A DNA stretch of 64,000 nt, from assembly GCA_964188305.1 (NCBI GenBank), contig OZ076894.1. One strand, written 5' to 3'. Numbering within the stretch: the stretch's first letter is position 1; each line of letters starts with the position of its first letter. Source of the DNA: Podarcis bocagei (lineage: Eukaryota). The notes below the pieces were generated by a model. It was given only the letters and a program-made list of their open reading frames with translations. It did no database searches and had not been told where the DNA came from. Below are positions 1-12,427 of this stretch, piece by piece. A program made the translations under genes and the position numbers.

Positions 1-2049
1 AAAATATGCAACATGCCAAATGGGATTCCTGTTAGCTCTTGCCATGAGTTGAGACTTTTGCTTCATCCAGCTATAAATGAGAACTTTAGCAGTAACAGTG
101 TGAATTCCAAAATACTTACACAGTCTGCTAGAGTTACTTACCCACAGCAAGCCTATAGACGTGGGAAAATTGTGAACCCTTGCATATGCGTTTCCAGTGT
201 ATTTTACATCCTATAATAGTATCCTAGTAAATTGACTACATAGGAGTATCCTCTGTTATATTATTGGGAAATTCTGGCAAAAGAAAGCTAGAGAAAATTA
301 TTAACACCTGTAGAAATTTTACCAGAAACATTCCTGTAATTGACCCATTTTGACTTTCAAACTGAATTTTAAATAAATGAAATAGATACCAGTAATTTTA
401 AATGAGAACATTAGTGTAATTAAGACAGAAAGATCACCAAAGTACAGAATAAAGTGAAACTCTCAAACATCTGCATGTAAGTGCTGATTTTAAAAGTGCA
501 TTGTGTACCAAGCTACAGACACATGTTGTCAGAATTTATAAACATGTTCATTATCTGTTTTGTTTTATTTTAGCTTATCCTAGTAGTCATCTTATTTTAA
601 TTAAAAATAAAATTCTTCTTCGGAAAGCTATTAGACCACTGAGAATTGAATGTTAGTGCATATGTTGTGTATTAGAATACTGTAGGTAATTTTACTGCTG
701 CTAACTTAAAATCCTCAAGGGGGAGTTAATTACAGGAAAACCTTTCTAAATATCAGCTGCATATTTTCCATGACAAGAGGTTTTTCAACTCTCATTGAAT
801 AATTCCAGAACCAGAGTTTTGTTTAGTTATATCTACTGGTACATTTGAACGAAGAAAAAGAAAGTGTGTGTGTGTGTAAAATTCTCTTCCCCTTTGACCA
901 GTAGTGTAAACAAACATTTACAAATAAATTTTAAAAGCTGTTTGTTTGTAGGAAAATGTGTGACATAAAAAATGGCCTTTTATTGCAGATTAAACTTCTG
1001 TCTTTTAAAAACTGAATTCTTAGGTACCCAAATGGTTGGTTTGGCTATTGTGCTAATGTAAAGTTTTACTTGAAATTTATGTTCACATGTTTACAGAGAC
1101 AATTAAGCTTTATGTATGGCCACTAGGGATTGCTTTCCTCTGTAAATGTTTGCAGATTAAAGGTTTTTTAAAAATAAGCCCCTGGAACCTCAAGCCATGT
1201 ATGGCAATAATCAAAAAGTAATGAGCAACGTGTTGAAACTGGCTAGCCGGGATGTGTTTGGCATGATTCCAAAAGGAGACATAGTCCAATATGTTGCTTT
1301 TAAGGCTACCCAAAATTATGCACAAGTTTGCAGCTCTTTTGAGTAATAGAAATCTGAATACATTTCCTATGTTCTCCAGCTGCAACATGGAGAGTAATAG
1401 TGAGATAAGTAGTGAATTGCTGCCTCCTATCTGTTTCTTCTTGTCAGTTTAAAATAAGAAGAAAATGCATTTAAACATAGAAAGACAGCATAGTTTGGAA
1501 CAGAATAGGAGTGTGTGTGGTGTTCTCCTGAAACTCAAGATGCATTTAGTCCAAATAAATAAACACACAGTGGGTTTATGCATTTTAAAAGAGTTGGTAT
1601 TGATAGTTATCGTTGCATTCCTGCCATGTACCCTTGATTAGAATGTGTTACCATTAAAAATATTCTGGTTTTGGTTGGAGAGTCTGAGATTATGCTGGAT
1701 TCTGTGTTGTTGGGATGAGAGAGTACAAGCTTGCTGTAAATTCAGCCCAGTCTGTCAAGCGTTTGCACAGAAGTAAGACCCTGGTTCAGTTGGGCTTTCT
1801 TTCCTGGTAAGTGTGATCAGATTGCAGCCTTGTACGTATAGTCCAACGTAAATGGCACTGGATAGAAGATGGTTGCTTTCCAATTAGCGTAATTAAGCGT
1901 CCATAGGATTGCAGCCTTGGTAACCTAAGCACTCTCCACTAGCTTGAGCCCCTGTAGTGTTTAAAAATTCACAGATCTCTTAACGCTGATAACCTTTCCG
2001 TTCACCTCCCGCATCCTTTGAAGGTGCAAGCTTCTGTGTAAGTCTAGAG

Positions 2050-4100
2050 TGACTTCCTGTGCTGGAGGGGTGGCGTTGGCGCTCCCTCTATACAGAAGGG
2101 GATGCTGTGTGTGTGTGTGTAGTAAAGCTACCCTCCTCCTCCCCTCCTGCCAGAGCGCGCATAGCCAAATCTATTCGTTTGTACTCCAGGGAGTGCGTGT
2201 GCGTCTAGAGGACTCGTCCCTTTATTGGTGCGAGGGAAAGTCCCCGTCGATGCTGAAGCGCCTGGTAGCCTCTCTGTACATATCATTCACTTGCGCTCTC
2301 TAAAAGGCTGGAGTCCTCCTGCGCGCGCTGCCTCGCCCGCAAGTGTCAATGAATTCAGCGGTGCTGAGTAAACAGGCAGAGGGGCTCTGGCTCTCTCCAT
2401 GTCGCCGTCTGAGCATTTCAAATCATGTGGCAGTCTGGCATTTATCGTTCTGCACAGGATTGTTGACGATCTTTTTTTTCTTTTTTCTTTTTGGAAAAAA
2501 ACCACACAAACCGGTAGCGCATATTGGAGAGGGACCACTGGACGGCCCCCCCCCCCGGCGCCTGTTAAAAATAAAATAAATAAAAGAGCTCAGCTTCTGC
2601 GGCCCGGAGCTGATTTCGTAAAATTATCGACGGTTCCTGCTGCCTTAAGACTTTGAGCTCTTTTTATATATATATAAAGTGAGATAAAAACAGCTACTCT
2701 GGTTTTGTTGTTGTTGTGCAGACATGTTCTGGTTAAAAGGGGGAGGAGGGAAAGAACTATGAATCCCCCTTCCTGATTTGAAAAAGTTGGCCTGACTCTG
2801 TGTAACACAGAGACACAAAAGGTGCGGCCGAGGTTGTTGCTCGAAGTAGCTTTTATCGGACGAAGTTTCCGTAGAAAATGCGCGCTAGACAAAAGAAGGG
2901 AAAGTCTGTTCAGCTTTGGGGTAGAGTTATATGGAATTTGGAAATGCTGGTTCAGTTCTGCCGTGGTGTGGGTCTTTTCTCCCGCTTGCCCTTCACTCCC
3001 CCCCCCCCCCAAAAGAGAAACATTCAGGGCAAACAATGCCGCCCTGCTGAAAGATTGCCTTGCTGCTTCTCTCCGTGTTGCAGGTGCACCTTTTCGAAGC
3101 TTCAAAGAGGACAGGCTAAAAGGGGGCTTAGTGTGGATTTGCTGGATCCTGCTCGCTGTCGAAGAGCGAAGCGAGCGAGGGAAGGTCCTAGGACGACGTC
3201 CTAACGCGATCAGCTTCCCTCGGAGTAGAGCTGGGAGACGTAATCTGGTTCCCCAGCCTTGAGCCACGTAGCTCTCCTACCTTTCCAAGCATAGGCGCAA
3301 ACGCCCAGGGGCCGAGGTCCATTCGCGCCCCCTCAATAAAAAATTTGAGGGGGCCTCCTCTCAAAAAAAGGTTGATGGTCTGTTCAAATGCTGTGCATGC
3401 GCCGCATCTTGTGATCACTTATAAGGGCTACTCCCTCCCCATTTTTTATACAAGTTGGCACCCCTGTTTCCAAGTTTATCGCGCAGAAAAGAACTTTCCA
3501 AAATTCCTTAAAGGAAGCTTCGCCAACCGTGCACGCCCCCCCCTCCAAAGCTGCCCTGTGCGATTTCCCCTTAACGGCGCCGTCCTCTCATACTGAGTCC
3601 GAAGGCAGACCTGTGAGCAGTGGGGGTTACTCCCGGGTAAATGAGGCACAGGATCGCCCCTGTGTCGCAGGCATGCTGTAGCCCCCGCACGTCCGAAGGG
3701 GCTTCCCTCGGGCCGGTGCGCGAAGGACGCTACTGGCTTGCCCTTTGTAGCAGCCCCTCCACGGCTGGTGGCAGCGGGTTGTTTCAGGCTCGGGGCCGCC
3801 TTGGGAGTCCGGCTGCGTTTTGCCTGTGGCTGCCCAGCCAGAGAGCAGCGAGGGACGTCCCTTGAGGACGTGGCCGGCCAGCTAGCCTAGAGGGCGCGGC
3901 CGGGGCTGCAGTGCGGCCGGAGCCCCCGTCGGGCAAAGCCATCACGTTCTCAGGCTTCGAGAGCAGTAAGGCGAAGGAGCCCCTTCCAGGAGCTGGCAGC
4001 CGGCGGAGTCCACAGCTCCGAGAAGCGGCCGAGGCAGCTGTGGGAATCTTTATTAAGTCCTCAGATGGGAGAATCGGTGTGAGTTTGGAGTGATGTGGAA
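2050..4100. promoter_or_regulatory. Intragenic CpG-rich island in LRBA intron (candidate internal promoter/enhancer)
   Basis: CpG and GC density rise sharply against AT-rich flanks. Contains CCTTTATTGG (2219-2228), GGGAAAGTCCCC (2234-2245) and a TATATAAA-containing run (~2666-2678). Boundaries are approximate. Confidence 0.6.
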
Positions 4101-4880
4101 GGCGTTGCTGTGTCTGGGCTCCACCAGGTCTGAATTGGCTCCCCCTGAATAAAGAATATTCCTAGCCATAAAGCAGTTAAACCAAAGTGGTTGGGGCAAA
4201 AAAGAAATAATTTTTAAAAATCGACAACCCCACCAAGTGCTTCCTTCCTTCCTGAGTTAATCAGAGGTGCTGGATTCCGTCGCTTGCTTTGCTGGTTTAT
4301 GGATCGCATCCCCTCCCCACATAAAGATGCTCGATCACATTTTACAGCTGGGGGTCATTCATGTGCCCCCCCGAAGCAGGTCCACTGACTCCAACGGGGC
4401 TTGCTGCCTAGTATAGACTTGCAGTCTTGGTTTCTTGAGACGCACCCAACTAGTTCGTTCCCTTTTCCTAAAATCTCCGATTTTGATTTAATTTATAGAG
4501 GTATAAGTTTGCTATCAGGGTGAGTTGTGGTTTATTATTATTATTTTGGGTAGGGATATTTGCCGTTGTAGTAGTAAAAAAATTAAAAATACTGGAAGGG
4601 GGATGCTTGTTTCAAATATCACGTAAGTAGGGCTAAAAGTTCTCAGTCCTGGCTGTGTTAATCGGTTTACAAGTAGCTCTGCCGGCTCACTCGCTTCCCA
4701 AGCAGCGTGGGTTAGAGGCGGCTGGCTGGCGGATTTATTCCCAGCTGAGCCCCTCTTTGCTTGAGTCTCCGGCATGTGTGCAATAAGCAAGGTTATTCCT
4801 CGCCCCCCTCCCCGACCTTCCTTCCCCGTAACTGTTGCCTCTCCGAGTTGATGGACAGCCGCGTTTCTCTTTCATTTCAG

Positions 4881-5027
4881 CTTCAGATGAAGATGTACTT
4901 GTTAAAGGAAAGCAGTCCATCAAGAGTCAGGCTTTAGGAAATCAGAACTCTGAGAGCGAAATTCTCCTGGAAGGCGACGATGATACCTTGTCATCCATCG
5001 AAGAGAAGGAACTGGAGAACTTAACTG
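4881..5027 (+). CDS. LRBA: LRBA internal coding exon (linker before PH domain)
   Basis: Acceptor tttctctttcatttcAG| and donor |GTaact. 147 nt, phase 1/1. Encodes (A)SDEDVLVKGKQSIKSQALGNQNSESEILLEGDDDTLSSIEEKELENLT(G), matching recalled LRBA rather than NBEA. Confidence 0.93.
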
Positions 5028-5233
5028 GTAACTTCAGCTGTCTATTACCTGCTCCTTCCGACTTGGTTCCCCCTCCCCTTACTCCTTTACCTCCTCCTTG
5101 GCAACATCTTCTCTGGAAGGGGGGGAAGACATGGGGCGGATGGCTCTTTCCCATAACTGTATTAATGAAGATAAATTTTTGAATAGGGGAAATGACCTTT
5201 ATATTGCCACTTAAATTATTAATTTTAACCGGG

Positions 5234-5256
5234 ATATATATATATATATATATATA
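5234..5256. repeat. (TA)n microsatellite
   Basis: Direct atatat run. Confidence 0.85.
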
Positions 5257-7562
5257 TGAATGAAAGGTCAGGCCAGATCCGGTACAAAAGTAGATTATGC
5301 TAACTTCCCCCCTCCCACCTCATTGACACTAGTGTTACGGCGCATTGGAACAAGAAGGCAATCTGAACAAGTAAATCTGAACAAGTATTTATATATTTGT
5401 TCAAAAGCAAAACACCTCTCTGCATCAAAGGCAATCATTCCGTAATTCTTTTAAGCTAATTGTTCTGCCAGCCTCCTTTGTGTAAGTCTAAACCTTCATT
5501 TACTCCTTTTTTAAAAAAAAAACTGAGAAACAGGTTATTCTTACCATAATAGATTGGCTTGGTTGCAAACTGAACAAAACAACGTTTTTCTGCTTTAGAG
5601 GTTTATAGCCAAGCCCCCTATGCACTGGACTGGAATTGCAATCTGGGGGTGAATAGTGTAGAATTTTGGGTCTAGGTAAATATCACTTGGTCCGCTCCCA
5701 AAACAAGAATATCCCTTGTGTTTAAATTCTGTTTTGCTGGAAGAAGTGGAAATGGGGGCTTATTCGTTTTTATTAATGCACAAAAATCTAAAAATCTCTG
5801 TTTCAGTTCATTGCCTATTGCATCATCTGTTGGCTGCCTTATAATAAAAACTAAACATGAAAATATAGTCTGCTGTCAAAGCACTGCACCAATCAGTAAA
5901 ACAGCAACATAATTTAATAGAGAAGCTCTCCATGAACCTGTTCTTCAACACCCCTGCAAGAGCATCCATTCCATGTCGTCCTCTTCTCCACCCCCTTCTA
6001 CATTTGTTGCTTCTGCTAATACATTCATACTGTAATAGAGGTGAAAGGGGAGTTTAATTATATAATCTTGACAATGGCAATAGGATTAAGAAGTAATCCT
6101 TGCTAATAAAGTAGTGTGGGTTACGAATGAAGTTGAAATTGTCAGGGGTTTTCAGCGGGACCTGAGCTGCCCTGGCTTCTGCAGCTGTCTGCTTGCCCTG
6201 TAATTGAATGTCTGAAAGTGATTGAAAAAATGTTATTTCTTCCCTGGATTACATGCTAATGTACAGAGGGCAAAGGGAGACAGCAAAAGAACACATAGCT
6301 GCTTATTTCATCCATTTGTGGGAATGAGCTTTGGGAAATCATGGAGGTAGTGCAGCTCTCGGATGCCCATCTGCAAACACAATGTATTTGTACGCTGGGA
6401 ATAGAGGGCAAAGCTGCTCTGATCTCAGCAGAGCATCTCCTCTATTGTGCTACTGGCACACATTGAGATTGATGCAAGATTAAAGACCATCACACCTCCT
6501 AACAATTGACAGAAATGACAATTCATCTGAATTTTTTTGGCAGTTATTCACCCATTGATTACCTAAGCGTGTGCACCTCATTTATACACACTTTATTAAT
6601 GCAAAAGGGAATGTGTCACACATGCAGTTTACAGTATTTTTAAACAAAGGCCTACAGCTGACAAATATGCCCTTCTGTGGTCTCTGTGTTCCCTGCTTTT
6701 TAATGAGTTGGATGACAAATATAACCCACTTTTCTGCTTTATATAATGGCCTGCATATTGTTAGATCTGTACCCAGCCTATTGTTTTGAGTAGTACACTG
6801 ATCTGCCTCTGTGATAAACCCTGTGGAGATGTGATTATTCCAATAAAAATTCATTCAGTTGGAAACCAACGCTCCAGCTGTTTATTCCCACAGTCCCTAA
6901 GCTGCACTAACACTGTGTGTGGATTCCTTGAAAAATATTTAAAAGGCAAGCTGAAACCACTTCTCAAATGCTATATGTCTCAGTCTCTAGCTATGGGCAG
7001 CATTTAACTTCTGAACAATAGATCCCTGCCATGCATGAAAATAAAAACCCATGTACAGAACTCATAAGCAACTTTCTAAATAAGCTAATCATCAGGAAAT
7101 CTGGGTCAAATTGGTTTGCCACTCCCCCCCAAATCTACACACACATATGTGAAACTAATATTTCCCATCCAACCTTCCTTTTTATGCAATTTGCATTATT
7201 GTTTAGAACATGAGGTATTCGGTTCTGAAATATTTCTAAATTTCTGGAAGAAGGAAGCTCGATGATATAATAGCCACCTAGATGGCATACATAATTGTTT
7301 GCATTGTTTGCAGCTGTAGTTGTTCAAATGTCTGGCAGTCCCAAGTGCAGCAAATGCATTGCATGTGTACTTGCGGGGGACTGGGGACTTATAAGAATTT
7401 AATTTCTAAATCCAGTCCTTTTTGTGGAGGGTGTCATTGGATTAAAGCGAGCTAATAAAAAGAAGAACATACACTTATATCTGTGCAACATTTTGTGCTT
7501 GTTGCGGAGACCACTGTTAACAAGTTTTTGGACTGTGGTTTTTGTTTCTTTCCCTTTGGTAG

Positions 7563-7699
7563 GTCCTGTTAGTCTGTCTACACCAGCTCAGCTTGTGGCC
7601 CCTTGTGCAGTAGTGAAGGGCACACTTTCCATCACCGCCTCTGAACTGTATTTTGAGGTAGATGAAGAAGAGCCGAGTTTTAAGAAAATTGACCCCAAG
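7563..7699 (+). CDS. LRBA: LRBA coding exon (start of BEACH-type PH domain)
   Basis: Acceptor tttctttccctttggtAG| and donor AAG|GTAAGA. 137 nt, phase 1/0. Encodes GPVSLSTPAQLVAPCAVVKGTLSITASELYFEVDEEEPSFKKIDPK. Confidence 0.96.
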
Positions 7700-10600
7700 G
7701 TAAGAGATCATTGACCCCTCTTGTACTAACCCTTGTGACAAATTACAAGAAGCCTTTAATTTTTCACCCAGTACTTTCTAAATCCATTGGACACAAGTTT
7801 TCTCATATTTGTGAGTTTGTAATTTGCGGAGTTTTTGTGCTAGTGGCACTCATGTAAGTATGAAAAACAATTCACCCCAGTTCCAGCGCTAATTACTTCA
7901 TAGGGCAGAAGCCTCCTGGGAAATGCTTTGAATAAAACTGCATTAGAGCAAGAGGATGTGTGAAAGTTTAGTGGTGTTGTCTATTGAAGCCTTTGTTTTA
8001 CCTCAACTTTTTTATGGTGCTCACTGATTTCTTGCATTTGCTTTATATTACTTTGTAGCATGCTGAAGAGTTTGCACATGCTTATTCAGAGAACATAATT
8101 GCCACTTGATACTATATATTTTAATAATATATTTTGTGTTGTGCTTCAGTTTCCCAACTCAATGCTTTGTTCAGATTATAATGATCTTTAAATGCAAGGG
8201 TAATAAAAGTCATTCCTCCCATCCCCATAAAACTGTTTTTGCTCACAGTGTTAATGACTACTATAAGAATTTCACTTAGGTAGTTTTCATAATACTAAAA
8301 TGTCATTACTTGAGTGTGCCTTTTCCTCCTAAAATGTGTTATGGTAGATAAATGTCTCCCAAATTTCACTAAAGCAATTGCTAAAATACAGTGCTTTCTT
8401 CGGGGAGAAAAAAGACAAAATTGTATAATGTATTTCTATTAGTGGGTACTTTTTTGTTGTATCTCTGTTCAATTTTATTTTTTTGAATACATCTTTCTGA
8501 AAAGGTTAATGGACAGTGGGGACTTGAACTAGACCTTTCTTAATGTTGCAGTTGTTTTTTAAAGCTTTTATTTTACTTATAAGAGTAGCAAATTAAAACT
8601 TTGAAGTTTTCTTTGAAGTACATAAACTTTCAAGTATTAGGGTGAAAGTAAAAGGTTTAGAATTGAGAAGTAGCTGCAATTTGTTTGCATGTTGTTTTGG
8701 TGCTGTTTGATATTAAAATCGAAAAAGCAGTCATCAATGATGACGTACTGTAAAATACTAACGCAGCCTATTTCTTAGAACTCATTACAATACAGGAAGC
8801 TACAGTATATATTAATCAAATGTGGCTGCATCATTGTGCATCATTCAAGGAGTAATGTAGGGTGAGATCCCTCTGCTATCTTCCCCCTCCCCTTTGAATG
8901 ATACAACTATTCCTTTTCCATCTTAAAAACGAAAATGAACAGGCATCTTAAACTGACTGTACTTTTTAACTTTGCGGTAGAGATAGGGATCATCTAAAAG
9001 TAGCCAGGTTTATTAATTTCATCTTGAAGACATGAAATGTTAGAGAGAGAGAGACTCCAAACTATTTATTTCCTTTGGTGAAAACTCTCAAAGCTTACTG
9101 GTGTTTTGGTTATGAAGTCATGCAACAAGGCAACATCATTCTCTTACAAGCGCTGGCGTTTCCCCGTGTTTCCCTTTCTCTTCTCCCCCAGCCCTTCCCC
9201 AGAAGATATGGGGAACTAGAGCTTGAGTAACAACATCTCCCCTTTGAATACCAATCCTGCGTTTGCTCAGATGCCTATTTAATGGGCCTTCCTCAGTTTG
9301 ATAAATTCGGCTTCTCTGTGTGTTTTTCTAAACTCCTGGGAAAGAAAACATTATGACAGGAGTTTTGAAATAAAACCTGAACTGGATGCTGCATTGATGC
9401 TGATAACATCAAAGTTTATATTCCTACTACAAGGCTGTTTTTAACAAGCAAGCTGTAGTACTTTGAGCTCAGACTTGCTCTTGGAGTGAGGCAGGGGAGC
9501 TCCTCAATTTATTTGGAGCCATATTTAAATAATTTGTCTCAGAAAAAAAGATTTTGAATATGAAGCCACATTGCACTAGGAAAAAACAAAACAAAACAGA
9601 GCTGTTGTGCAAGTAGATGTATTTATATAAAGGTAGAAAATATGTTTAGTTTTCTAATGGTATGAGATGATTTGTGAAATATGGTAGGACTCTACCTCTT
9701 CAATTATAGGTTTGTCTGTGTGTGAGCACCTACTTCAAATAAATCCTCAATAAATTTAAAAACACACTTTTTTTGGGGGGGGGATTCATTCAAATAATAA
9801 AAAAGGTTTTCTGGAATAATAAAATACCCATAATGCTGGGGCTCCTGTTCACTGCACACAGCTCCATTGAAGTAAATGCTACTTACTGCCAAGTAAACAT
9901 ATTTTAGAATAGAGTTTCACATTTAGAGAAAACATGTTGGAAAATATCCTAGCGGTCTAAATAGTTTGTGTGTGTGTGTTTGTGAAAATCTAAACTTTGT
10001 TTGTATAAAGCCTGAAGCCATAATGTGGAAGTATTTAAATAAATAAAAAAGGGGAACAAATTCACTAGAACAATTTGAAAATCCTTTTCTCAAATGCAAA
10101 TCATTTTAATATGGAAATGCATGGTCCTGGGGATGCTAGCATAACATAAAAACCCCTGTTAAGGTCTAGTTCCCTTTTGTATTTTGCTCTATGTCCTTTC
10201 TTCCTGAGCAGGGTCTACATAAAAGCCAGAGGAAACCAAATGTTTGCAGCAAATAAATTGACTAGTTGTAGGGTATTAATAATTCAAGAGTAAATCTATA
10301 TGGCCTTGAAATTCAAAGTCAAATTGGACTTGGGTACTTACTCAGCTTTAATAAATGAGAAGCCCACGTGCAAAGAGAAATTATCCTCTCCTTCACATAA
10401 TGAATGTATACTCAATCTCATAGCCACTGTTAATGCAGCCCCAAATATTACCAAATACATAAGTTGTTGTTTTTAAGTATAAATGCTTCTTTCCCCACCT
10501 GAATATTTACATATCTTCTGTAAGAGAAAACAGAGATGTTAAAAAGATATTTACTGGGGGGTTTCCCCCCAGAGATCTCCATTAACATGGTGTTATTTTG

Positions 10601-10733
10601 TTCCCTTCCATCCATACATATTTGTGTGAGAGAGATATCCCTTCTTTACTGAGAAGTGGAAATAACAGCCTACCCGTTGCCTGAATTTTAGAATAAACCC
10701 ACACGAAGGCAATGTAAAGTTAAAACCATTTTG

Positions 10734-10746
10734 TTTATTATTTATT
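10734..10746 (-). terminator. MAB21L2: Probable MAB21L2 polyadenylation signal (tandem AATAAA)
   Basis: The + strand has TTTATT at 10734-10739 and 10741-10746. On the - strand a GU/U-rich stretch (TTCGTGTGGGTTTATT) follows. Located ~600 nt past the stop codon. Confidence 0.6.
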
Positions 10747-11347
10747 ATTATTATTATTACTGTTTTGAACAAGTCAGCTTAGGGAAAGGGGGAGGACGCA
10801 TGATCTGACTTGGCACTGAAATACATTTAGCATCAGTAAACTTTCCGTGTGTGTCTGGGGGCTTTCTGTTCGGTTCTCTTCCCCCATCCCTTTCTTTCAA
10901 AAGAAAAAAAAAAGTACATATAGTTAAATAATTCTGGTTTCTCCCCCTCCCCCACTTCGTGACAACATTCAGGCAGACGAACGAGAGAAAGAGAAAAGCG
11001 GGGGGGACGAATGACATACACTTAATATGGGGAGTGGAGAGGGAAGAGAAAAATGAAATGTACCTCGGGTTTCGTTTGGCTGTCCTAAAGTTCCGCCGCT
11101 GTTTTTTAAGTGTCTTTTTAATTTATTTATATATATTTTTTTAAAAAAAGGGGAGAGGGAGAGCGCCGGTGCCCGCTGCTAGGCTTGGAGTCCTTTTTGC
11201 GCTTTGGTGGGGAGTGGATGCCCGCTGCTCCCCGTTCCTCTTCTTGTTTTTAAATAAGAGTTTTGTCTTAAATTCGGGTTCTGCGCAGTCTTTGATTTCT
11301 GCCCCCCTTTCTCCCGGCCTTTTCCAACCCCTCCCCCCCCCGCTCCT

Positions 11348-12427
11348 CTATAGCTTGTCGAGGCTCTTGGGGTTGGTGAGGATCTCCCTGGCCAGGCGCC
11401 AGGTCTGCTTGGCGGCGCTCTCGAGGGCCGAGTGCGGCTTGCCTTGGAAGAGGTCGAGGTTGGGCAGGAAGTAGTGCGGGCAGCGCCGGCACTGCAGGCA
11501 CGAGATGAGCTGCAGCAGGATGCCGTTGAGCCGGTCGCCCAGGCACGCCTCGTCCCAGTCGGTCTCCCGCGGGTGCTTCTCGCACTCGTAGAGCAGCAGC
11601 GTCTTCATGTGGTAGTTGTTGAGCGGCTGGCCGGGCAGCTCGAGGTGCCGGTCGCGCAGCGTCTTGAGCACCGACAGGCACTTGTTGCGGCAGCCTCCCA
11701 GCAGCAGGCGGTTCTCGGCCTCGCCGAACTGCAGCACCCAGGCGTCGCTCTCGGCCGAGCTCTGCTTGCCCGTCAGCGAGTAGCACTCCTTGGAGAGCAG
11801 GTTGAAGCCCTCCGCCTTCACCTCGGCCACGCGGTTGGGCCCCGGCCAGGGGATGTGCGGCAGCGGCCACTGCGCCGCGCTGCGCGGCCAGATGCCCGTG
11901 CACTTGAAGGCGGGCGTGATCTGCACCACGTAGCGCTCTCGGATGCGCAGCTTCACCTCGCTGGTGTCGGCGATCATCTTGACCACGTCGCGGTAGCTGC
12001 ACTTGTCCACCGCCTGCGCCACCAGCGTCTGGAAGCGCGAGCGGATCTTGCGCGCCGACAGGTAGCCCGAGGCCGTGATGAACTCGACCCAGAGCGACAT
12101 GCTGCGCTTGCGGCCGTCGCTCAGCTTGAGCACGGCGCAGCCGGGCAGCGAGCCGTCGTCGACGAAGTTGAAGACGCCCATCTGGTTGAGGTAGAGCACC
12201 ACCTCGAACTCGGTGGGCGAGATGACCTCCAGGCCCTCGTAGCGCGCGTCGATCTCGCTCAGCGAGCTGATGAAGCGCGGCTCCTGCACCTCCACCTCCT
12301 TGAGCACGTCGGACACCACCTTGCACACCTCGCGGATGGTCTTGGCGATGGCCGCCTTACGCGCCTGGCAGCGCTCCGTGTAGTACTTGTTCAGCTGGTA
12401 CACCAGCTTGGCCTGCGCCGCGATCAT
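11348..12427 (-). CDS. MAB21L2: Protein mab-21-like 2 (single coding exon, 359 aa)
   Basis: ORF MIAAQAKLVYQLNKYYTERCQARKAAIAKTIREVCKVVSDVLKEVEVQEPRFISSL...LTNPKSLDKL, with ATG at 12425-12427 and TAG at 11348-11350. L2-type residues (VYQLNKYYTERCQ, SLDKL) and the nested position in LRBA distinguish it from MAB21L1. Confidence 0.98.
   Translation of the reverse strand: MIAAQAKLVYQLNKYYTERCQARKAAIAKTIREVCKVVSDVLKEVEVQEPRFISSLSEIDARYEGLEVISPTEFEVVLYLNQMGVFNFVDDGSLPGCAVLKLSDGRKRSMSLWVEFITASGYLSARKIRSRFQTLVAQAVDKCSYRDVVKMIADTSEVKLRIRERYVVQITPAFKCTGIWPRSAAQWPLPHIPWPGPNRVAEVKAEGFNLLSKECYSLTGKQSSAESDAWVLQFGEAENRLLLGGCRNKCLSVLKTLRDRHLELPGQPLNNYHMKTLLLYECEKHPRETDWDEACLGDRLNGILLQLISCLQCRRCPHYFLPNLDLFQGKPHSALESAAKQTWRLAREILTNPKSLDKL

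Noticed and set aside
2590-3267. 225-aa and overlapping ORFs in the intronic CpG island
   Set aside because: No recognisable homology or codon periodicity. Long ORFs are expected in GC-rich sequence.
11268-12326. 352-aa alternative-frame ORF on the - strand
   Set aside because: Arg/Gly/Ala-rich shadow frame of a GC-saturated CDS, with a non-ATG start.
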